A stretch of DNA of 35,983 bases from Fimbriimonadales bacterium (GCA_038238735.1 JBBSFL010000001.1:1-35983), one strand, 5' to 3'. Counted from the stretch's first letter, positions 8,786-20,490 are shown. Made by a program: numbers and translations. The notes: generated from the letters alone by a model not told the origin.

Positions 8786-8965
8786 AATTCAAACAGGCGG
8801 CTAAACAGCCTCCTTCCTCTCTCGCTTTAAATGATACTCCCCCACCCTTTCGCCTCAGGTTAAGGGAGCGTTGCCCCTTTCTGAGCACGGTGATTTACCG
8901 GTAAATGTGCTTGTAGCGAATGGCACGTTCAGGAAGTTATCAGTCCTCGGTATGCTTCCCGCCAA

Positions 8966-10354
8966 ATGAAGAAGCTGTGGGGTGGGGCCTTCGCCGAGTC
9001 GACCGATGCGCTTGTAGACCGGTTCGGACAAAGCATCAGGTCCGATCTTGCCTTTTGGCAAGAGGACGTGATCGCAAGCGTCGCTCATGCGCGTATGCTG
9101 GGCGCGACGGGCATTCTCTCTCCTGAAGAATCCGAAACCCTGATCCGGGGACTGGAGCAGATCCACGAAGAAGGCCCTTCTCGACTTCCGCGAGACGTGG
9201 AAGATATCCACACCGCCGTCGAAGTTAGGCTCAGCGAGATAGTCGGCGAGGTTGCGGGCAAGCTTCACACGGCGCGAAGCCGGAACGACCAAGTCGCAAC
9301 CGACGGACGCCTCCACCTGCATAACGAACTCCTCCGAGTCGTCGACCTCATTAAAGAACTGCAAGGTCTCCTGCTGAAATTGGCGGAAGCGCACAAATCG
9401 GACTTGATGCCCGGCTACACGCACCAGCAGCGGGCCCAGCCGATTACCCTCGGCTTCCACCTCCTCGCCCACTTCTGGTCGCTCCAACGACACGGCTGGC
9501 GGGCAGAGCGATTGATCGAACTCGCAAACTATTCGCCGCTAGGCGCGGCTGCTCTGGCGGGGACAAGTTTCCCGATCGACCGGCAGATGACGAGCGACGA
9601 ACTAGGATTCATCGCCCCGATTCCGAATGCGCTCGATGCCACCAGCGACCGATCTTACATCCTGGACGGCCTCCACATTTGCGCCCTCGTAATGGTTGAC
9701 CTGAGCCGCATAAGCCAAGAAATCGTCCTCTGGAGCGGCCGCGAATTCGGCTTCGTGTCGCTCAGCGACACCGTCACCACCGGATCGTCGATCATGCCCC
9801 AGAAACGTAACCCAGATATGGCCGAGCTCATCCGCGGTAGAACCGGTCGCGCCATCGGCCACTGGACCGCCCTCGCCTCCACCCTAAAGGGCCTCCCGCT
9901 TGGCTATAACCGGGACACTCAAGACGATAAGCCGCCGCTCTTCGACGCGCTGCAGCTTGTACGAGACTCCCTGCAGCTCACCTACCAGATGCTCGATTGC
10001 GCGGAGTGGCACACCGAACGCATGCGTGAAACGATTAAGGGCGACTTCTCAACCGCCACCGACCTCGCGGACTACCTCGCCTCGCAAGGAATGCCCTTCC
10101 GTCAAGCCCACGAGATCGTGGGGGAAGTAGTTCGGGCCTGCCTCGACCAAGGCTGCGGTATGGAGGATCTCACGCCCGCTCGGCTTAAGCACGTGGCGCC
10201 GCAAATCACCGATGAAGCGCTCGCCGTCCTCCAGCCCGAGACTAGCGTGGCGCGCCGCAATTCGCTCGGCGCGCCAGGACCGCAGGCGGTGGAAGCCCAG
10301 CTTCACCACGCTAAAGCGATCTTGGAAAAGGAAGGCTTCCCCAAGATCGCCTAG
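8966..10354 (+). CDS. argH: Argininosuccinate lyase
   Basis: N-terminus MKKLWGGAFAESTD. Fumarate-lyase signature GSSIMPQKRNPD. Full length of 462 aa. Confidence 0.95.
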   Translation: MKKLWGGAFAESTDALVDRFGQSIRSDLAFWQEDVIASVAHARMLGATGILSPEESETLIRGLEQIHEEGPSRLPRDVEDIHTAVEVRLSEIVGEVAGKLHTARSRNDQVATDGRLHLHNELLRVVDLIKELQGLLLKLAEAHKSDLMPGYTHQQRAQPITLGFHLLAHFWSLQRHGWRAERLIELANYSPLGAAALAGTSFPIDRQMTSDELGFIAPIPNALDATSDRSYILDGLHICALVMVDLSRISQEIVLWSGREFGFVSLSDTVTTGSSIMPQKRNPDMAELIRGRTGRAIGHWTALASTLKGLPLGYNRDTQDDKPPLFDALQLVRDSLQLTYQMLDCAEWHTERMRETIKGDFSTATDLADYLASQGMPFRQAHEIVGEVVRACLDQGCGMEDLTPARLKHVAPQITDEALAVLQPETSVARRNSLGAPGPQAVEAQLHHAKAILEKEGFPKIA

Positions 10355-12885
10355 GTTCCTGGACCGATCAAGATCGCGTTGAGCAGCAGCTTGTAAGTAC
10401 CAGGCCACATCGCGCGTTCGGTTGGGTCGTGGGTGAACATGATAACGTGCCCACCGCCAACCGGCACGTCCTGAAGCCACACCGCGCCGGCAAGTGCCTT
10501 GTCCGTCTCCCCGGGCCAGTCCCATCCACTTAGCAGCTTGTGGGACTTATCGTCGGAATCGAACGTGACCACGCTTCCGCCCTCTTTCCGAGCCTTATAG
10601 AACGTGGAACCGTCGATCGGAACCGGAATCTCGATCTTCCCTTTCTCCGGTGCCGCGTAGCCGGAGCTCAAGAATGAACGAGGATCGAGCTCAGCCTTGA
10701 ACAGAGCTCCCGGCAATTCGCGGAGATCGCCCTCGACGGTGTCTAACTTCAGGAAGTTACTGCTCGTCCAGCCCGGATTACCAAGCGTAATTAAAGTGCC
10801 GCCCGCCTGCACCCAGGATTTCAGGGCGTCGGCGCTGCCGGAAAACCGTCCCGGCACGAGGATCGCGGTGAACTTGGCCAGGTTGCCTGCATTCAGGCCC
10901 CTGCTGCTGAGCGGTGTGAAGGGCAACTGGAACTCCCGCTCTAGCACGAACCAGATGTCGCTGAAGTCGCTAGGCTGATCGCTGCTGCCGAAGACGACGC
11001 CGATCTTGGGCTTGCGAAGGGGGATGGTGAACTCGCTGCCCGGGCCGAATCGGTCGGAATCGGGGTAGCTGGTCGGTATTCCAACAACTTGGCAGCCGTG
11101 CCGGATCGCGGCCATGCGAACGATCGACTCGTAGCCCTCGTCGTTCCGAGCGCTGAGAAACATGAAATTTCCTGACGCGATCTTGGTTCCGCCCAAGGTC
11201 ATGGGCTTGCCCGCGACCATCCCTTTCACGCCTTTGCTCTCGATCTCGAATGCAGCAAGCGCATCCTCGACGTCGGTGTATGGAATCGCGAGGCCGACAT
11301 ACGGCCCGGGTCGCTCGACGGTCTTCATCGGAGCCTCTGCGTGGATGGGCACCACGGCCGTGCACTCGTAGGCCGTCAGCCCCCAAGCATAGGGCAGCGA
11401 CCAACCGGTGAAGTCGTAAAATTCAGTGCCCTCCGGCCCCGGATACTCTTCGCCCTCCGGCGCGGTCGATCGCTTGGCCAGTTGCTCTTTCGTGAACTGA
11501 GACTCGAATCCAGGCATTGGCTCGAGCATCGCCTTGGCCATCGGGCCCTGAGGCTGGGCAAGATCGACGATGAGAGCTGGGCCTGTGATATGAGTCGTCT
11601 TCCAATCCGCCGCCCCAAACTTTCGAGCCCCGGGCTGATCCCAGTTCGTGGTGCCCGAGCCGGTCGCCATTGTGGTGATCCCCGATCGTCCAAGGAGACG
11701 CTGCAACCTGCCTAAAGCCCGATCGTCGCCCGTGATTACATACCGCTTTATTTTCGGGCTGAACTCGCCCGAGACTGCCCGCTTCTTGAACGAAGCGTAG
11801 CTATCCATAAGATCGCGCCGATGGGACGCCGCGGAGCAGATCACCGCGATCGCAGAGGTCATGTGATGGGCAAGCCCGTCGCGCAACGTGAGAACACTTC
11901 CGTCCTTGCGAGTAGTGGCGAGTAGTCGGCCCCCATCGGTCTCCTGGGTCATGCCGATGGCCCCTGTTAGCGTCGTCCACGAGTCCAAATAGCCAGCGTA
12001 GAAAAGGTCGAATTCGTTCTTCGTGAAGTAGGTCCAGCCGTGCGAGTCGAAAGCCCCCGCAGTGGCCTTCCCGAAGACCTCCGTCCATTTCGCGACACGG
12101 TCCCGATCGACGTTCTCATTCACCGCCATCGGATTCGGAGGAAAGAAGTAAGAGGAAACCTGCCCGTGCTGGTCGCAATAGACCTGCGGATTCCAGCGGA
12201 GGAACTCCGCAACCTCCTGCCGGGTTTCGTCCTGACTCATCGCCACTCGATCCCGGTTCATGTCGAACCGGTAGTGATTCAGCCTTCCGTAGAGCAGCGT
12301 CGGAGCTTGATCCTCGAACGCTCCCGGTTCTGCCGAGCCCTCCGCGACCGAATTGTAATACACGACATAGCGCTCGTGGCCGTCGGGGTTGTACGACGGG
12401 TTGACGATCACGACGACGTCCTTCAGGGTGTCCTGAAGGGGCTTAGACTGGGCCAGGTTATAGATCAGTGCCATTCCGGCCTCGAACGAAGCCGTTTCGT
12501 CTCCGTGGATGCACTCATTGATCCACACAATCGGCGGTGTGTTCGCCAAGAGACGTTCCTGGTCCTTGGCCCCACCTGAGGCGATTAACTCATGGTTGCG
12601 GCGAATCTCTTCGAGTCGCTTGATGTTCTCCGGCGTTGAGATCGCGAACACCCGAAGCGGCCTTCCCTCCACGCTCTTGCCATAGTCGAACCGACGAATC
12701 GTCGCACCCGACCCTTGGGCGAGCGCCTGCAAAGTTCGCTCCTGGTCGTGATAGGTGCTGTGCCTGGTCCCAAGCTCCCAGCCAAGGACTTGATCGGGCC
12801 GCGCGACGGACCCCGAGTAAGGTCCGTATTCGTAGAGGTTGACCGGCCTCGATAAAAGCAACGACGCGAGAACGCCAAGCAGCAT
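10351..12885 (-). CDS. Large secreted M14-family zinc carboxypeptidase-like protein
   Basis: M14 zinc motif [12 protein letters not shown] (HxxE) in the N-terminal third. Start re-set to the ATG at 12885, giving the signal-like [12 protein letters not shown]. The track start at 12933 is a GTG that abuts the divergent ABC gene. Confidence 0.8.
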   Translation of the reverse strand: MLLGVLASLLLSRPVNLYEYGPYSGSVARPDQVLGWELGTRHSTYHDQERTLQALAQGSGATIRRFDYGKSVEGRPLRVFAISTPENIKRLEEIRRNHELIASGGAKDQERLLANTPPIVWINECIHGDETASFEAGMALIYNLAQSKPLQDTLKDVVVIVNPSYNPDGHERYVVYYNSVAEGSAEPGAFEDQAPTLLYGRLNHYRFDMNRDRVAMSQDETRQEVAEFLRWNPQVYCDQHGQVSSYFFPPNPMAVNENVDRDRVAKWTEVFGKATAGAFDSHGWTYFTKNEFDLFYAGYLDSWTTLTGAIGMTQETDGGRLLATTRKDGSVLTLRDGLAHHMTSAIAVICSAASHRRDLMDSYASFKKRAVSGEFSPKIKRYVITGDDRALGRLQRLLGRSGITTMATGSGTTNWDQPGARKFGAADWKTTHITGPALIVDLAQPQGPMAKAMLEPMPGFESQFTKEQLAKRSTAPEGEEYPGPEGTEFYDFTGWSLPYAWGLTAYECTAVVPIHAEAPMKTVERPGPYVGLAIPYTDVEDALAAFEIESKGVKGMVAGKPMTLGGTKIASGNFMFLSARNDEGYESIVRMAAIRHGCQVVGIPTSYPDSDRFGPGSEFTIPLRKPKIGVVFGSSDQPSDFSDIWFVLEREFQLPFTPLSSRGLNAGNLAKFTAILVPGRFSGSADALKSWVQAGGTLITLGNPGWTSSNFLKLDTVEGDLRELPGALFKAELDPRSFLSSGYAAPEKGKIEIPVPIDGSTFYKARKEGGSVVTFDSDDKSHKLLSGWDWPGETDKALAGAVWLQDVPVGGGHVIMFTHDPTERAMWPGTYKLLLNAILIGPGT

Positions 12886-12933
12886 TTCGCCAGTGTAACC
12901 GCTGCCGATCCGTCTGATGCGCGGGATTCCCAC

Positions 12934-13665
12934 ATGAACCCAATTATCGAAACCCGCTCCCTAGGCAAGGACTACCGAATGGGCGATACGGTCGTCCATG
13001 CATTGCGCAAGGTCGACGTCACCATTGAAGCCGGAGAATTCGTGGCTTTGATGGGACCCTCCGGCGCGGGCAAATCGACGTTTATGAACCTGATCGGTTG
13101 CCTCGACCGGCCTACCTCCGGGACCTACATCCTGCACGGAGACGATGTCAGCCGTATGACCGACGACGAACTCGCCGAAATCCGAAACCGGCAGATCGGG
13201 TTCGTTTTCCAAAACTTCAATCTCCTCCCGCGCGCCTCTGCCCTCCGAAACGTCGAACTGCCCTTGCTTTACTCCGGCGAAAAGCACCGCGCAGAAAGGG
13301 CCGAGAAAGCGCTTGGCGCGGTGGGCCTCCTCGACCGCATGCATCACCGGCCTAACGAACTTTCCGGCGGGCAACAGCAGCGCGTCGCAGTAGCAAGGGC
13401 CATCGTCAACGACCCAATTCTGATCCTCGGCGACGAGCCGACGGGGAACCTCGACTCTCGAACGAGCGAGGAGATCATGGCCCTCTTCCAAGACCTAAAC
13501 CGTCAGGGAAAGACCGTTGTGATTGTCACCCACGAAGAGGAAATCGCCCGCCACTGTAAGCGGATTATTCGGTTCAGAGACGGCAATGTCCGGGTTGACG
13601 AGCAAGTTCAAGATCCCATCGATTCACGTCAGGCGCTCGATTCGATGCCTCCCGCGGAAGACTAG
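12934..13665 (+). CDS. ABC transporter ATP-binding protein (MacB/LolD/FtsE-like ATPase subunit)
   Basis: Walker [11 protein letters not shown]-loop, signature [14 protein letters not shown], Walker [12 protein letters not shown], and H-loop VTHE. Confidence 0.9.
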   Translation: MNPIIETRSLGKDYRMGDTVVHALRKVDVTIEAGEFVALMGPSGAGKSTFMNLIGCLDRPTSGTYILHGDDVSRMTDDELAEIRNRQIGFVFQNFNLLPRASALRNVELPLLYSGEKHRAERAEKALGAVGLLDRMHHRPNELSGGQQQRVAVARAIVNDPILILGDEPTGNLDSRTSEEIMALFQDLNRQGKTVVIVTHEEEIARHCKRIIRFRDGNVRVDEQVQDPIDSRQALDSMPPAED

Positions 13666-13755
13666 TCGACGCGAGAGGCTCCGGCAAGACAAGGAACGCG
13701 GAGTTCACTCTGCCACCCGTATCGCCGACTCTAGCTGACCCGCTCGTAGCACCGC

Positions 13756-14151
13756 CTAATCTAGGCGGGTGCTATTCTCCGTCAACTCCCCGTCCCTCAA
13801 GTCTCGATAAAAGCAGGTGCGGAAGTTCTCATGGCAAGCGGCCCCAATCTGCTCGACCTCGATCAGTAAAGCATCCCGATCGCAGTCCACGGCGATGCGC
13901 TTCACATGCTGCACGTGCCCGCTGGTCTCTCCCTTGACCCAGTATTTCTGCCGGGAGCGGCTCCAGTAGGTGCACAAGCCAGAATCGATCGTGCGCTGCA
14001 GGGATTCGCTGTTCATCCAAGCCATCATCAGCACCTGCCCGTTTGCTGAATCCTGAATAATCGCCGGAATGAGGCCGTCCGGGTTGTAGGTGAGATTCTC
14101 GATCGCAGACACGCCAGGAAGGTACCCGTGCCAACGCGGCAGAGGTTTCAA
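13756..14151 (-). CDS. hisI: Phosphoribosyl-AMP cyclohydrolase (monofunctional)
   Basis: [31 protein letters not shown] and [11 protein letters not shown] motifs are present. At 131 aa there is no fused HisE part. Confidence 0.9.
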   Translation of the reverse strand: MKPLPRWHGYLPGVSAIENLTYNPDGLIPAIIQDSANGQVLMMAWMNSESLQRTIDSGLCTYWSRSRQKYWVKGETSGHVQHVKRIAVDCDRDALLIEVEQIGAACHENFRTCFYRDLRDGELTENSTRLD

Positions 14152-14879
14152 CCAGTGGCATCACGGCTTTCCAAGCCGAGTTCAGGTTTTGTGTCCACCG
14201 GTGGTGCGTCGTCCGGAGGATTTTCTCCGTGCGGATAACCGGTCAGCCTCGCAAGCTCGGAGTCGACCCACGCCAGAATCTCTTCGTTCTCTGCCTTCTT
14301 TTCAAAGCGCCGGGCCTCGCCCCACGTAGCAGAAACAACTCGGAATGCGGGTCGCGGAGTCAAGGATCCGTACGGCATGATTCTGCGGGTGTTTTTCAGA
14401 CCAACGCAGATAACCGCGGCCCCGGACATTCTGACCAGGAGCGCAACTCCCGGTTTAAGGGGCAGGATGCCTCCGCTGACGGAGAGCTCTCCCTCGGGGA
14501 AAACGCATACCACCTCTCCCATGCGCAGGAGGGTAACGGCGCGCTTGATCGAGGCGCGGTCCGGCTCGCCCCGACTTACCGGAAATGCCCCGAATTTGAT
14601 GATCCACTTGCGCAAAAACCCCATATCGAAGAGCTCGCGCTTTGCCATAAAGTGCATGGCCCGCGAGCATCCGATCTGCACGAGGATGGGGTCCACATCG
14701 GCTTGGTGGTTGGAGAGCACCAATACGCCGCCGCTCCGAGGAACTCTCCGGCTGCCTTTGACGATGGTCGGGCCAAGAACGGTAAAAAACAGCCAGGAAA
14801 AAGCCTTACCAAGGGGTAATCGGAAGTAGCGATGATAGGCCGAAAAAGGCCCCGGTTCTGGTAGCTCTACCTCAGCCAT
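14148..14879 (-). CDS. 1-acyl-sn-glycerol-3-phosphate acyltransferase-like (PlsC family)
   Basis: Acyltransferase motifs NHQADVDP (HxxxxD) and FPEGE. 4-nt overlap with hisI and 8-nt overlap with purN. Confidence 0.85.
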   Translation of the reverse strand: MAEVELPEPGPFSAYHRYFRLPLGKAFSWLFFTVLGPTIVKGSRRVPRSGGVLVLSNHQADVDPILVQIGCSRAMHFMAKRELFDMGFLRKWIIKFGAFPVSRGEPDRASIKRAVTLLRMGEVVCVFPEGELSVSGGILPLKPGVALLVRMSGAAVICVGLKNTRRIMPYGSLTPRPAFRVVSATWGEARRFEKKAENEEILAWVDSELARLTGYPHGENPPDDAPPVDTKPELGLESRDATG

Positions 14880-15438
14880 TTAGCACCTTTCGTATCGCCT
14901 GGGGATAAGCCGTGTGCTCCAGTTCCAGCACTCGGGCGGCCAAAGTTTCCGCTGTTTCGCCCGGACACACCGGGCAGCGGACCTGGCTTACGATCTCTCC
15001 GTCGTCGTAGTTTTCGGTCACCAGATGCACGGTCACTCCGGACTCCTGCTCCCCAGCCGCCAGCACGGCCTCATGAACGTGCATGCCATACATACCTTTG
15101 CCGCCATATTTCGGCAGGAGCGCGGGATGGATGTTGAGGATCGGCTTGTAATATCGGGTCAAGACTTCCCGCGGCAGAAGCCGTAGAAATCCGGCCAAGC
15201 AAAGGAGATCCGAGCCCTTGATCGCGGCTAGCAGTCGCTCGGCCTCATCCGCGTCAGGTTCGACGATGGCTACTTGGACGCCACGGTCCCGCGCCCACTG
15301 AACGGCCGGGGTTTCATCTTTTGGCGAGATGACGACAGACACTTGAGCGCCAAGCTCTCCCCGTTCGCTAGCCTCGACGATGGCCCGCATATTGGAGCCG
15401 CGACCCTTCGGACCCACAAGGATTGCGATGCTCGGCAC
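14872..15438 (-). CDS. purN: Phosphoribosylglycinamide formyltransferase
   Basis: GRGSNMRAI, LAGFLRLL and NIHPALLPKYGGKGMYG motifs are present. GTG start. Confidence 0.9.
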   Translation of the reverse strand: MPSIAILVGPKGRGSNMRAIVEASERGELGAQVSVVISPKDETPAVQWARDRGVQVAIVEPDADEAERLLAAIKGSDLLCLAGFLRLLPREVLTRYYKPILNIHPALLPKYGGKGMYGMHVHEAVLAAGEQESGVTVHLVTENYDDGEIVSQVRCPVCPGETAETLAARVLELEHTAYPQAIRKVLNG

Positions 15439-15456
15439 CGTAAGAGGTTACAGCAT

Positions 15457-15999
15457 CTAGGCGGAGAAGCCTTCGACCCACGGCCCCAGGCCAGGCAACT
15501 TCGCCCGAACGCGGCGAAGGCCGAATTGATAGGCTTCGAACTCGGCGCTCAGCTTGCGAAAGACTGGCGCTTCGGCGTCGTAAGGCGCATGATCGAAAGT
15601 GCTGACAAGGTGATAGCTGAAGCGCCCCTGCTGAGTCAGATCCAAGAGCGAGTCTCCGCCCGGCGCCTTCAAGTGGGAGAGATACTCCGGAAACATCCCC
15701 GAGCAGAAAAGCAAGAAGTCGCCGATGTGCTTGTGGACCTCGCGTTCACGCGCAAACGAATCTGCATTCAGGCGAACATCGCCTTCCATCAGCATCCCCG
15801 CAATAGTTCGCACGGGCATTCCACTGGCATCCCGGACGGCATAGAGGCCTTCCCAATCCAGGAACTTCACGAGCATTTCGACGATGTAGGCGTCGACGTC
15901 GTGAGTCTCTGGAAGTCCAAGATCTCTGTGCAGCGATATGTGCAGTGCGTCGCTGAAGTAGGACCGAATCGGATGCTCTGAACCAATCTCGCCTTTCAT
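15457..15999 (-). CDS. Hypothetical cytoplasmic protein (180 aa), family not recognised
   Basis: Start re-set to the ATG at 15999 (MKGEIGSEHPIR). It has coding-like composition and sits between acnA and purN on the same strand. I recognise no motif. Confidence 0.6.
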   Translation of the reverse strand: MKGEIGSEHPIRSYFSDALHISLHRDLGLPETHDVDAYIVEMLVKFLDWEGLYAVRDASGMPVRTIAGMLMEGDVRLNADSFAREREVHKHIGDFLLFCSGMFPEYLSHLKAPGGDSLLDLTQQGRFSYHLVSTFDHAPYDAEAPVFRKLSAEFEAYQFGLRRVRAKLPGLGPWVEGFSA

Positions 16000-16160
16000 T
16001 GTTTGTCGTCCCCGTGCGGCTACGTACTTAGACGATTCCGCAAATCGAGCCGAATCTGTACATTCATTGACGGGCGAGTGTTGACCGCAGTTCAAATGAT
16101 GGGCCATGAGTAGCACGGACCTTTGAGTCCGTGCCTCGCATGCTGTCGAGACAACAAGGT

Positions 16161-18854
16161 CTAAGCCGTTCCGATCAATTGGCGCAACACGAACTGTAGA
16201 ATCCCGCCGTGCCGATAGTAGAGCAGTTCCTGCGGGGTGTCGATCCGCACCCTAACTTTGAAACTCTTCACCGTGTCCTTCAACCCCGCCTGTATCTCAA
16301 GTAGCCGGCCCCCTCCGAATTCCGAGGCGGCGGCGTGGGAGAGACCGATTAGATCGAACGTCTCTTCGCCGGTCAACCCCAGTTGCTGCCTTCCCTCGCC
16401 GGGCAAGAACTCCAGCGGCAACACGCCCATTCCAATCAAATTCGAACGATGGATCCGCTCGAACGACTCAGCCACGACTGCCTTTATGCCAAGCATGAAA
16501 GTGCCCTTGGCGGCCCAGTCCCGGCTCGACCCCGAGCCGTATTCCTTGCCTCCGATCACGATCAAGGGTGTGCCGTCGCCCTTGTACTGCATCGCGGCGT
16601 CGTAGATCGTCGTCTTCTCGTTAGTCGGGAAGTAGACCGTGAAGCCGCCCTCAGTGCCCGGCACGAGCTCGTTGCGCAGGCGAATGTTGGCAAACGTCCC
16701 CCGTACCATCACTTCGTGATTCCCTCGCCGAGAGCCGTAGGAGTTAAACATCTTCGCATCCACGCCATGCGCGGTCAGGTACGAGCCAGCCGGGGAGCTG
16801 AGCTTGATCGCTCCGGCGGGCGAGATGTGGTCGGTCGTGATGCTATCGCCGAGCATCGCCAAACACCGCATGCCGGTTAGCTCCGAGATCCCGGTCGGCG
16901 CCTGCTTAGCCATTCCCTCGAAATACGGTGGGTTCTTAATGTAGGTCGATTCGCGATTCCAATCGAAAGTCTTCGATCCGGTGACGTCGATTGCGTTCCA
17001 CTGTGGCCCTCCATCGTAAACCTTTGCGTAGGTTTTCTGATACAAATCCCGGCTCACCGCCTCGCCCATCACGCGGGCGACTTCCGCCTGGGTCGGCCAG
17101 ACATCTTTCAGAAACACGTCCCCGCCGTTCCGGTCTTTGCCGATCGAGTCCTTGGTGATATCGGTTAAGATCGTGCCTGCCAAAGCGTAAGCGACCACAA
17201 GAGGCGGCGACATAAGGTAGTTGGCCCGCACCTCCTGGTGGATGCGGCCCTCGAAGTTGCGGTTACCGCTAAGCACCGAGACAGCCACCAAATCTTTCGC
17301 CGCGATTTCCTTGCTGACCTCATCCGGTAGCGGTCCAGAGTTGCCAATGCAGGTCGCGCATCCGTATCCCACCACGTTGAAGCCGATCTGTTCAAGATCG
17401 TCTAGCAGGCCCGCCTTCTTCAAATACTCCGTGACGACGCGGGAACCGGGCGCCAACGAGGTCTTCACCCACGGCTTTGGATGGATGCCTAGCTTGGCCG
17501 CATTGCGAGCGACCAGGCCCGCTGCCACCATCACGCTCGGATTGCTCGTATTCGTGCAGCTCGTGATGGAGGCGATGACCACTGCGCCGTGCGTCATCTG
17601 ATCGATCGACGGCTTCTCCAACACAGCTACGCCTGCCCCAGCAGGCTTTACCGTAGCCGCTTTGGCATCGGGAAATGCTGAAGTGAACGATTTTGCCGCG
17701 TCGGAGAGAACCGCCCGGTCCTGGGGCCGCTTCGGCCCCGCGACGCTCGGCTCGACCGTCGACAGATCCAGCTCAAGCGTGTCGCTAAACACCGGGTCCT
17801 GACTTGAGGCCGTGTAGAACAGGCCCTGCTCGCGAAAATATTTCTCCACAAGCTCGACCTGACAATCCGGCCGGCCTGTCAAGCGAAGGTAGTCCAGAGT
17901 GATCTCGTCGACCGGGAAAATACCGCACGTCGCACCGTATTCCGGCGACATATTGCCGATGGTTGCCCGGTCCGCAAGCGGCAGAGTTCGAACGCCCTCG
18001 CCATAAAACTCGACGAATTTACCGACCACGCCCTTCTTTCGAAGCATCTCGGTCACCCGCAAAACGAGGTCTGTTGAAGTCGCGCCCTCGCGAAGCTTGC
18101 CCGTTAGTTTGAAGCCAATCACCTGCGGAATCAGCATCGAAACCGGCTGGCCTAGCATGGCTGCCTCGGCCTCGATACCGCCGACGCCCCAGCCCAAGAC
18201 GCCAAGACCATTCACCATCGTCGTGTGCGAGTCCGTCCCTACGAGGGTATCGGGATAGACTTCCTGCGTATCCCCATGGCGAACGAAGGCCACGCGGGCT
18301 AGATATTCGAGATTGACTTGGTGGCAGATGCCGGTATTGGGAGGCACGACCTTGAAGTCGTCGAGCGCCAATTGGCCCCATTTCAAAAACGCATAGCGCT
18401 CCGAATTCCGCTCGAATTCGAGCTCCGTATTGATTCCCATCGCCTGCGCGCTGCCGAAGGCGTCGATCTGGAAAGAGTGATCGATCACAAGCTCAACCGG
18501 CTGTAAGGGATTGATTCGAGAAGCGTCCCCTCCGAGGGAGGTCATCGCCTCTCGCATCGCGGCCAGATCGACGACGCATGGGACGCCGGTGAAATCCTGG
18601 AGCAAAACTCGGGCCGGGGTGAAGGAGATTTCTTCTGTAGGATCAGCCTTCGGATCCCACTTGACGAGCGCCTCGATGTCGTCTTTGCAGACCGACAAAT
18701 CGTCTTCGGTTCGGAGAAGATTCTCGAGCAGAATGCGCAGCGAATACGGGAGCCGCTTCACGTCGTAGCCCGCCTTCTCCATAGCGTCCAAGCGCCAAAT
18801 GGTGTAGTCGGTGTCTCCGGAGCGGAACGTCGCCCGCGCATCAAAGCTGTTCAA
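16161..18854 (-). CDS. acnA: Aconitate hydratase A
   Basis: 897 aa with [14 protein letters not shown], Fe-S cluster Cys motifs ([16 protein letters not shown]) and a C-terminal swivel domain. TTG start at 18854, preceded by AAGGAGG 8 nt upstream. Confidence 0.95.
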   Translation of the reverse strand: MNSFDARATFRSGDTDYTIWRLDAMEKAGYDVKRLPYSLRILLENLLRTEDDLSVCKDDIEALVKWDPKADPTEEISFTPARVLLQDFTGVPCVVDLAAMREAMTSLGGDASRINPLQPVELVIDHSFQIDAFGSAQAMGINTELEFERNSERYAFLKWGQLALDDFKVVPPNTGICHQVNLEYLARVAFVRHGDTQEVYPDTLVGTDSHTTMVNGLGVLGWGVGGIEAEAAMLGQPVSMLIPQVIGFKLTGKLREGATSTDLVLRVTEMLRKKGVVGKFVEFYGEGVRTLPLADRATIGNMSPEYGATCGIFPVDEITLDYLRLTGRPDCQVELVEKYFREQGLFYTASSQDPVFSDTLELDLSTVEPSVAGPKRPQDRAVLSDAAKSFTSAFPDAKAATVKPAGAGVAVLEKPSIDQMTHGAVVIASITSCTNTSNPSVMVAAGLVARNAAKLGIHPKPWVKTSLAPGSRVVTEYLKKAGLLDDLEQIGFNVVGYGCATCIGNSGPLPDEVSKEIAAKDLVAVSVLSGNRNFEGRIHQEVRANYLMSPPLVVAYALAGTILTDITKDSIGKDRNGGDVFLKDVWPTQAEVARVMGEAVSRDLYQKTYAKVYDGGPQWNAIDVTGSKTFDWNRESTYIKNPPYFEGMAKQAPTGISELTGMRCLAMLGDSITTDHISPAGAIKLSSPAGSYLTAHGVDAKMFNSYGSRRGNHEVMVRGTFANIRLRNELVPGTEGGFTVYFPTNEKTTIYDAAMQYKGDGTPLIVIGGKEYGSGSSRDWAAKGTFMLGIKAVVAESFERIHRSNLIGMGVLPLEFLPGEGRQQLGLTGEETFDLIGLSHAAASEFGGGRLLEIQAGLKDTVKSFKVRVRIDTPQELLYYRHGGILQFVLRQLIGTA

Positions 18855-19852
18855 ATCTCTTGCCTCCTTGGTACACGCACGACCCCTGCTGCGGCGGTCG
18901 AAGTCGTCGGGGGCAAGGGGCGATTGGTCGGGTTAAGGATACCTTCTTGAGGGAGCCCGGCGAATTCGGCATAGCGTTTGTATAAGTTATGCGCCGCCGG
19001 ATAGCACGAATGAGGGGACATGAAGTGCGGAAACTCGAAGGTGATGATCTTCTCCGCCATTTCTGAAGCGGCCTCCATCTTGAAACGTAGATACCGCCAG
19101 TCGGCTGGAGGAAATTTGATCGGCATGTCCCGATCGAAGGTCTCGAGGTTCGACCATATCGTCACCCCGTACTTGAGCCCCAGCTGTCCGATCCCCTGCA
19201 CGAACGCCGGCAGTTCCTGATAGTGAACTTGCCCGTCCTGGAACGCGCAGATGTCGAACGCGCCTTTCGTATCCGCGAAGATCCTGTCCCAGTGGTCGAA
19301 CGACTCCTCCAAGGTGAAGGCGGCCGCTCCCATCTGTTTCGCCCCTTGCGGATAGGGCGAAATCAGGACGGGAAGGTCGATCGCCTCTTTGCAAGCCCGC
19401 CCAAGCGAGTTAAAAATCTCGATGATATGCGCGTCGTTCTTGCCCGTTTCGTGGCACATGTACCAGCCGCGAAAACTCTTATGGTGGCTGTAACGATCCG
19501 CGACCTCCCGAATGAAAGCCACATTCAGCTCCACCTCCTTCCACCAGCTTCGGCGCAGCCAATGGTAGCCAGAGTCATAGAGGCCGAAGAACAGGTTCAG
19601 ACCGAACTCGTCGGCCAAAGACAAAAAGACCTCGCCCAGATCCTCGTGGACCGGTAGGAGGTCGGGAATCGTCTTGCTCGGAAAGATGCACTTGTTTTGG
19701 TATCCGGCGCGGATAATTACGACGGTGTCGATCCCGATCCGGGAATAAAGCTCGAACTCCCTCCGCCAATCCTCACGACCCCAGTTTTGGGAAGGAATGT
19801 CGTGCGTAATCTCGTCCAAAAAAGTCCCAGTGATCCGGGGCTGCGTCGGCAT
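18851..19852 (-). CDS. DUF4434-like protein (putative glycoside-hydrolase-fold protein)
   Basis: Start re-set to the ATG at 19852 ([20 protein letters not shown]). GTFLD..W..EF..GIDTVVI recalls DUF4434, but the family name is from memory. Its stop TGA overlaps the acnA TTG start. Confidence 0.65.
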   Translation of the reverse strand: MPTQPRITGTFLDEITHDIPSQNWGREDWRREFELYSRIGIDTVVIIRAGYQNKCIFPSKTIPDLLPVHEDLGEVFLSLADEFGLNLFFGLYDSGYHWLRRSWWKEVELNVAFIREVADRYSHHKSFRGWYMCHETGKNDAHIIEIFNSLGRACKEAIDLPVLISPYPQGAKQMGAAAFTLEESFDHWDRIFADTKGAFDICAFQDGQVHYQELPAFVQGIGQLGLKYGVTIWSNLETFDRDMPIKFPPADWRYLRFKMEAASEMAEKIITFEFPHFMSPHSCYPAAHNLYKRYAEFAGLPQEGILNPTNRPLPPTTSTAAAGVVRVPRRQEI

Positions 19853-19956
19853 TCGCAGATTGTACTTGCGGACCGCAGTAGGGCCAAGGGACGCATTGTG
19901 CCCTTTGGCCCCCTGCCTCCGATGCAAGGGCACAATGCAATCTCGGGCCTACTCCT

Positions 19957-20469
19957 CTATTCTCGCCCCAAGACCTTTTCCCGATACCGATTGAACCCGT
20001 CAGTCTTCTCCACCGGAATCCCCATCGCCGAGGCCAATGCATGCGCGCGGCGCTCGATCCACTTCACATTCGGCCCCGACATCAAAAGCGCCGTTCTCCC
20101 GGCGTTCCAGAGCAAGTGAGCCCGATACACGGTCCCTGGCTTCAAAGGATTCTTCGGATCGCTTGCCGCCTTGTCGACGACCGAGAGCTTGATCGAGCGA
20201 AGCTGGTGAATTGGGTGGATGTGCTTGTTCTGAAGCGGCCAGAATCCGGTCATCGTGACCACGTGCCGCTCTTTCTCGTCGAACACGACCTTCCGAACCC
20301 ACAGCGCAAGAAGCAACCCGACGATCGCCGCCGCCGAACCCCAAGGCCACCAGCCCGACCGTCCTTGCTGCCAGGCCCACTCGATCAATGCATAGGCCCC
20401 GAAAAGGAACAGCAGGAATCCAACGACCCGGTAGGTCATGTATGGGCGATAAATGCGCGTGAAGAACAC
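19957..20469 (-). CDS. Hypothetical membrane protein: two N-terminal TM helices plus a soluble domain of about 100 aa
   Basis: TM segments VVGFLLFLFGAYALIEWAW and AAAIVGLLLALWV. GTG at 20469, or alternatively the ATG at 20439. The layout resembles bacterial PH-domain membrane proteins, but that is inference only. Confidence 0.55.
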   Translation of the reverse strand: MFFTRIYRPYMTYRVVGFLLFLFGAYALIEWAWQQGRSGWWPWGSAAAIVGLLLALWVRKVVFDEKERHVVTMTGFWPLQNKHIHPIHQLRSIKLSVVDKAASDPKNPLKPGTVYRAHLLWNAGRTALLMSGPNVKWIERRAHALASAMGIPVEKTDGFNRYREKVLGRE

Positions 20470-20490
20470 GGAGTCAGTCTAGCCGCCTCG

